A DNA stretch of 64,000 bases from an uncultured Spirochaetota bacterium (lineage in GTDB: Bacteria > Spirochaetota > Brevinematia > Brevinematales > JAOACQ01): the NCBI GenBank assembly GCA_963835575.1, contig CAWIGG010000002.1, positions 224,001-288,000 on the forward strand, in the 5' to 3' direction. Numbering within the stretch: position 1 is the stretch's first letter; every line of letters starts with the position of its first letter. The position numbers were made by a program, and so were the translations under genes. The notes beneath the pieces are model-generated. The model was given only the letters and a program-made list of their open reading frames with translations, was not told the DNA's origin and ran no database searches. This document shows, in pieces, positions 58,611-64,000 of this stretch.

Positions 58611-59672
58611 TTACCGGTTTGTCATTTGATCCCTGACAAACCTGCCGGACAGCGACAGATTATCATCTGACCAGCCGCCGGATGCCCGGGTACTCGGCTT
58701 AAGAAAAGCAGACACTTCCTGTTTGTCTGAAAATGACCAGTTGCACCAGCTGATCTTTTTACTGTTCAGGAAATCCATCCAGAGTTTGGATTCTTCGAGG
58801 AAGGGCCCGTTGTTTCCGCTGGAATCGCTGGTGCCCCACTCTGTGCAGAAAATTGGGATTTTTGACGAGGCCTGATTGACCCGGTCCCTCAGCCGCTGTG
58901 TATGCGTCCCCGCGTAAAAATGAACGGTATAGAGGACATTATCAAATTTCAAAGGATCGGCTGCGGCGTCCTGTACATCCTGGCTCCAGGTGCCCGTGCC
59001 GACAATGATGACGGCGTTGGAATCCCCCGAGCGGATTACCGGTATGATATATTCCGCATATGGTTTAATTTTACTTTCCCAGGTAACGCTTTTTCCATTC
59101 GGTTCATTGCAGATCTCATAGATGACATGTTTTTTTGCGCCGTAAAGGAAAGACATCTTCTTAAAAAAATCCTTTGCGTACTTTTTATAAAGATTCGGGT
59201 CCCGGTCGTTCAAAACATGCCAGTCGATGACGCAGTAAATCCCGCTTTCCTCTGCATACTCCACTGCGTATTTAACATAACTGACCAGGGACGGGTCCAT
59301 CATGAACCCCTGTTCGACAGTGTAAAGGGCCACTCTGAAAACATCCATTTTCCAGTTTTTCGCCAGCCAGTCAATCCCTTCCTTGTTTACAAACTGCCCG
59401 AACCATTGAACGCCATGCGTGGAAAGGCCCCGGAGCTGTACGGGATCGCCCTTTTCATCGCAAAGCTGTGTGCCGATTACTTTCAGCTTGCCATGTATGG
59501 CGACAGGGGAGTGATCGGGATATACTCCTGAAATACCTGAATTGGTATAGATATAAATTTCCGCCGGTTCGTTTGTCTTAACGGCATCGGTATTTGAGCA
59601 TGCCGTTAATAAAAAGGAAAATGCAAAGGGAAGAAAAATCATTCTTTTAATATAAATATAAATGATATTCAT
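58611..59672 (-). CDS. GH5 subfamily 2 endoglucanase lipoprotein (tandem paralog)
   Basis: Same motifs; LTAC lipobox; GGAGG RBS before ATG 59672. Confidence 0.9.
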   Translation of the reverse strand: MNIIYIYIKRMIFLPFAFSFLLTACSNTDAVKTNEPAEIYIYTNSGISGVYPDHSPVAIHGKLKVIGTQLCDEKGDPVQLRGLSTHGVQWFGQFVNKEGIDWLAKNWKMDVFRVALYTVEQGFMMDPSLVSYVKYAVEYAEESGIYCVIDWHVLNDRDPNLYKKYAKDFFKKMSFLYGAKKHVIYEICNEPNGKSVTWESKIKPYAEYIIPVIRSGDSNAVIIVGTGTWSQDVQDAAADPLKFDNVLYTVHFYAGTHTQRLRDRVNQASSKIPIFCTEWGTSDSSGNNGPFLEESKLWMDFLNSKKISWCNWSFSDKQEVSAFLKPSTRASGGWSDDNLSLSGRFVRDQMTNR

Positions 59673-59836
59673 TAAAAGCCTCCGGTTCAAACTACTAAGG
59701 ATAACAATTAAAAACTTTCTTGTCAAAACTGCGTGTAAATAAGCCGAGGGCAGTCCCAAAAAACTAAAGTATTTGGAACTGTCCTTAATTTTTTTCAATA
59801 ATAAAGAAAGGCTGCCTTGACAGCAGCCCATGTTTT

Positions 59837-60709
59837 TTATTTAAATAATCCCTTGATTAAATCCTCTGCTTTGACATCTTCATTCTTTTTACTGCTTCCG
59901 CTGCCGTCCTTCTTCTCTTTTGTTTCATTTCCATCGGTGGTTTTCATTTCTTCCTTTTTATAACCCGCGGGGATTTTGAACAAATCATCGCCGAGATTCT
60001 TTACATTGATTTCATCAACAGTCATGGTGCTGACGCTTTCCTGCGTCTTTTTATCTTCTCCGGTCGACTTCTGGGTGGTGACGGATTTCAGGACAAAACC
60101 GAGATTTTTTAGTGTTTCCGTCTGTTTTTGGATCAGGTTGTCCAGGTCTTTAAATGAAGTTTTAAAAGATCTGGATTTGTAGATATCCGAGAATTCCTTT
60201 GCCGCGACAGCGTCGCTTCCCCAGAGTTCCTGTGTCTGGTCGATATGGGATTTGGCGGTAATAAAGGCAATTTTGGTTTCCAGGTCGTACGAGCTTGAAA
60301 TGGAGATATGCCGGCAGTTGTAGGACAAAATCGCCTCAGGGGTTAATTTTTGAACATCAACTTTGGGATTGGATATTTTCATCTGTATCACAGCACCCAG
60401 AGTCTGCGAAAGGCTTTCAATAGACATTTCAGTATAAGTTTTATCCTCCGTGTTAACGATATAAACGATATTGGTGTTGGCTTTATACAGGAAATAGCTC
60501 CCCTTTTTATACATCGGGTTTTTAGCGCCGGTGCTTTTAACAAAATCTTCCCGGATATTCCCTTTCTGGGCATATCCATGAGTGACTACTGTTGATTCCT
60601 TCCCGTTTGATTTGGAAGCCGTTGTCGATTGCCATTCCACTCCGGCAAAAACAAATGCGGGAACAATCACTAATGATAGAATCAATGGAATAAAAAATCT
60701 TCTCTTCAT
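59837..60709 (-). CDS. Secreted DUF4412-like protein
   Basis: Signal peptide; EAILSYNCRH, DLFKIPAGYK. Confidence 0.7.
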   Translation of the reverse strand: MKRRFFIPLILSLVIVPAFVFAGVEWQSTTASKSNGKESTVVTHGYAQKGNIREDFVKSTGAKNPMYKKGSYFLYKANTNIVYIVNTEDKTYTEMSIESLSQTLGAVIQMKISNPKVDVQKLTPEAILSYNCRHISISSSYDLETKIAFITAKSHIDQTQELWGSDAVAAKEFSDIYKSRSFKTSFKDLDNLIQKQTETLKNLGFVLKSVTTQKSTGEDKKTQESVSTMTVDEINVKNLGDDLFKIPAGYKKEEMKTTDGNETKEKKDGSGSSKKNEDVKAEDLIKGLFK

Positions 60710-60842
60710 ATATAATCCTCCTCATAATATTTTATATTTTGATAAACTATTAAAAATTGAGGCAGGCTTAGAAAAACGCCTGTTTTTACAGCCGCTCTAA
60801 TTATAATTCAGTCTGGGATGTAATTCAAATCCGAAGTTATTA

Positions 60843-61931
60843 TTAATAATTGACCCGGTTTTTCCCCTGGCGCTTTCCTGTCAGCAGGGCCTGATCGGCT
60901 TTAATGACGCATTCTTCTATACCGGCCGACCCGTCAAATACCGCCAGTCCGAAGGTCATGGTCAATTTATATTTCATACGCTTATAAACATATTTGGTTT
61001 CGGCGATCTTCGCCCTCATTCTGTCCGCTATGGCGGCGGCATTTTCCAGCGAGGTCTCAGCCAGAAGTATCATGAATTCCTCGCCTCCCCAGCGTGCCAG
61101 GCTGTCCTGGTCCCTCAGTGATTTTTTCATAAAATCGGAAAGGCTTTTTAAGATATAATCGCCGCAGTCATGGCCGTATGAATCGTTGAAAATTTTAAAA
61201 TCATCAATATCGCAGATAACCAGAGAGAACGGCCGCATGGATCTTTTAGAGCGCTTTACTTCGTCATCTATCTTCTCCAGCATAAAACGTCTGTTGTAAA
61301 GGCCTGTCAGGTGATCGATCTTCGCCAGTAATTCGAGGTTCCGGTTTAAAAGCCTCATCCTCTCTTCCGCGCGGACAACGGTCCGGCTGTAATAGAAAGA
61401 AATAAACGCGATTATGGCAGCAGAGCCAGTCATATTCATGATATTAAGGCCGTGGGCCAGATGAATGTCGGGCGGGTTGAGAGGCTTAATGAGAAAACTG
61501 TAAACGAAAAGGGCGATATAAGACAACCCGTATATTCCGGTAATACTGAATTTCAACTTGGGGCTTTGCTTCGATGCGAAAAAAGCTATGGGGATAATGC
61601 AGATGATATAATAATGAAAGCCGCTTTCCCAGCCGAGGAATGTAACCGCCAGGAATGCATGGATGAGGACCTCCAGCGAGCAGACAGCCTGCGACAGGAA
61701 GTGTTTTTTATGCTGGTTCATTATGAATCCGAATATATAGAGAAGCATGCTTCCTATATTGAGAAATGAAAGAAACGGGATATTTATGATCCAGAATATA
61801 AAAAAGAATATAAAATGGCCCGCGAGGCCGACCAGTGTTCCGAAATTGAGGATCGTATAAAAGTAAACAAAATCGGGATGGATATCCCTTGTTTTAAAAA
61901 AAGACAATAGAAAACGCTTGAGCCCGCCCAT
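60843..61931 (-). CDS. Membrane-bound diguanylate cyclase (GGDEF)
   Basis: DHLTGLYNRR, DIDDFKIFNDSYGHDCGD, ARWGGEEF, GKN. Confidence 0.93.
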   Translation of the reverse strand: MGGLKRFLLSFFKTRDIHPDFVYFYTILNFGTLVGLAGHFIFFFIFWIINIPFLSFLNIGSMLLYIFGFIMNQHKKHFLSQAVCSLEVLIHAFLAVTFLGWESGFHYYIICIIPIAFFASKQSPKLKFSITGIYGLSYIALFVYSFLIKPLNPPDIHLAHGLNIMNMTGSAAIIAFISFYYSRTVVRAEERMRLLNRNLELLAKIDHLTGLYNRRFMLEKIDDEVKRSKRSMRPFSLVICDIDDFKIFNDSYGHDCGDYILKSLSDFMKKSLRDQDSLARWGGEEFMILLAETSLENAAAIADRMRAKIAETKYVYKRMKYKLTMTFGLAVFDGSAGIEECVIKADQALLTGKRQGKNRVNY

Positions 61932-62170
61932 CCTCCCCCCTAAACTCTATACATTAGATTCAAGCATTCATTATATATTTAAAAATAATTTTGTCAATGA
62001 TGTTAATTATCTTTAATAGGAATGAGTTTTTTTGACAATTTATAAGAATATAAGCTGCCGGTTAAACGGCGGCTTTCTTATTTTACTGGACATTTATTGC
62101 TGAATCTGTATAATATTATTTGTAATAAAAAATGGCTGCTTCCCGTGAAAATTACCGGGGAGGGATTAAA

Positions 62171-62818
62171 ATGGACCGAGTTCAGTTGAACAATTATCTA
62201 TCCGGTTTAAAAACTGCAATATTTGTTATTTTTCTCATCTCTTTTTTTCTGCCGTTTCTAGGCCTGCTGAGCTTTTTTTCCTCATTTTCGGATTCCCTGA
62301 ATTTGTTTTTATTATCAAGGGTTGTCATAAAATCCGTTTTTGTCAGGGAGGATATGGCCCTGTTATTATCCGGCTCGATTTTTCTTCTGAGCCTGTACCT
62401 GACGCCCCTTCTGTATATTATTTTTTATATTATAAAGAAATATCTGAAGTTTAAACCAGTTAACACAAAAAAGGTCCTTATTGTTTTATTTTCCGTTATT
62501 TATGTTGTTTTTTTATTTAACTGCTATCTGGTTATGCCTCCCTCTTCCGTATTGATCCCTTTCGCGGCATTGTTTATTGTTCCTGCGGCGGCATTGTTTT
62601 ATCTGACAATCAGGTATTATAATCAGGCTTATTTATTGATAGAAAACAGCATGATCTGCTTTATGCACCCGGCGGTTTTCCTGCTTTTCTGGAATTATTT
62701 CACAACCAGAGGAAAGGATTATTTATTCGGCGCCTCAGTCTATTTTTTCAGCTACGCCGCGCTTTTCATTATCGCGTTAGTAGAAGTATATTTATCGAAA
62801 AATAAAAGGACACATTGA
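62171..62818 (+). CDS. Hypothetical membrane protein
   Basis: About 6 hydrophobic segments; start could be 62132. Confidence 0.65.
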   Translation: MDRVQLNNYLSGLKTAIFVIFLISFFLPFLGLLSFFSSFSDSLNLFLLSRVVIKSVFVREDMALLLSGSIFLLSLYLTPLLYIIFYIIKKYLKFKPVNTKKVLIVLFSVIYVVFLFNCYLVMPPSSVLIPFAALFIVPAAALFYLTIRYYNQAYLLIENSMICFMHPAVFLLFWNYFTTRGKDYLFGASVYFFSYAALFIIALVEVYLSKNKRTH

Positions 62819-63114
62819 TCCGGAACTTTATTTCATCCTGCCGGACAAAAATAAAAGAGTCATTTACAAGGATACAGGCAGAAGAGGCGGGCTGGAAATA
62901 AACGGGAATATCGGATGATCCGCTAATGCATGCGAATAATAATCTGACATCTCCAAATTTTCCAGTCTTTGCGATCTCTGCGACTTTGCGTGATTAAAAC
63001 CTGATTTAACAGTCTTATTTATTCATCTAAATATGTTCAAAACCAAAAATTTACTTATTATATCTCCGTTCTTATAATAATTTTGAATTATTTTTTAAAA
63101 AGAGGAGAAGAAAG

Positions 63115-63825
63115 GTGTATTCTCTCAGGGTCAAGATCTGCGGAATAAAGGATAAAGAAATCGCCGGATGCGCTGTGGAAAGCGGGACTGACGCTCTGGG
63201 CTTTGTTTTTTATGATAAAAGCCCGCGGTTTATAGAGCCTTCAGCCGCCGGGGATATTATTAAAGGTCTCCCGCCTTTTGTGAATAAAACCGGCGTTTTT
63301 GTCGACAAAACAATGGAAGAAATACTCGCGGTTGTCGAAAAAAGCGGCATTGATACCATTCAGCTCCATGGCGAATCAGAGATTTATGATGGTCCTTTTA
63401 TACAAAAATTATCCCTGGCTTCCAGGCTACCTGTAATACTGGCAAGGAGAGTGGAAGAAATTAACGGGGAAACCCTATCGGGAATCAGAAAGGAATGGGG
63501 AGATAATAAAATCAGCGCCTTTCTGATTGATAGACTGGACAGGGCCGAATACGGCGGGACAGGCAGGCCGGCTGTCTGGCAGGAGATTACAGACAAAGGT
63601 TTAAAAAAATTTATCAGGGAGAGAATTATCATAGCCGGAGGCATTAATAGCGGCAATATCAGCGGCCTGCTGAATAAAATTAATCCTTATGGAGTAGACG
63701 TCTCAAGCGGTGTGGAAAAAGAAAAAGGCGTTAAAGATAAAATACTCATTCAGAAATTTATGGCTAAAGTAAAACATGCAATGAGCAATTGCCAGCAGGA
63801 AGATGAAGTGATCGGACTGTATTAA
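63115..63825 (+). CDS. trpF: Phosphoribosylanthranilate isomerase
   Basis: VKICGI, ALGFVF..KSPR, QLHG, GGTG, AGGI, VDVSSGVE. Confidence 0.93.
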   Translation: MYSLRVKICGIKDKEIAGCAVESGTDALGFVFYDKSPRFIEPSAAGDIIKGLPPFVNKTGVFVDKTMEEILAVVEKSGIDTIQLHGESEIYDGPFIQKLSLASRLPVILARRVEEINGETLSGIRKEWGDNKISAFLIDRLDRAEYGGTGRPAVWQEITDKGLKKFIRERIIIAGGINSGNISGLLNKINPYGVDVSSGVEKEKGVKDKILIQKFMAKVKHAMSNCQQEDEVIGLY

Positions 63826-64000
63826 TGAGCAGTTCCAAAACTTGTGGTGAGTTTACAGACTGTGTGAAAAGTCAAAATTTCACCACGAAGACCACGAAGA
63901 GCACGAAGAAATAAATGGGTTAGTCAAAAATAATTGTTATTGATTGTTCAATTTTTACTGTTTCAAATATGATAAACATTAATAAAAAAGAAAGATTTAA

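Noticed and set aside
59673..59831. Extended N-terminus of the ORF-track GH5_2 (start 59831)
   Set aside because: Runs through a repeat hairpin; the RBS and signal peptide support ATG 59672

Overview
Bacterial window, probably from a spirochaete. This is inferred from CBM64 modules, spirochaete-style lipoprotein signal peptides and a Leptospira-like long attC element. The window is dominated by a plant-polysaccharide degradation locus of 11 same-strand modular glycoside hydrolase genes: nine in 1-19.4 kb and two in 38.3-43.9 kb (GH9 x3, GH5 x4, GH10 x2, GH8, one GH51/79-like). All end in a Ser/Ala-rich linker and a near-identical 106-aa CBM2. Every visible N-terminus has a lipoprotein-type Cys followed 18-28 aa later by a conserved [R/K]-A motif, and four promoters share a 23-bp-period direct-repeat operator. 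Next to the array lie two GT-C glycosyltransferases, one PMT-like. An accessory/defence island at about 23.5-35 kb carries a type IIG R-M gene, an RloC-like ATPase-HEPN, an S1/P1 nuclease, a RAYT transposase and RhuM. An internally deleted group IIC intron sits between two duplicated GH9 genes. The right end holds ordinary genes: HAD, GH13 plus MFS, two GH5_2, GGDEF and trpF. No rRNA, tRNA or CRISPR array was seen. Family calls come from motif recognition by eye, not database searches.
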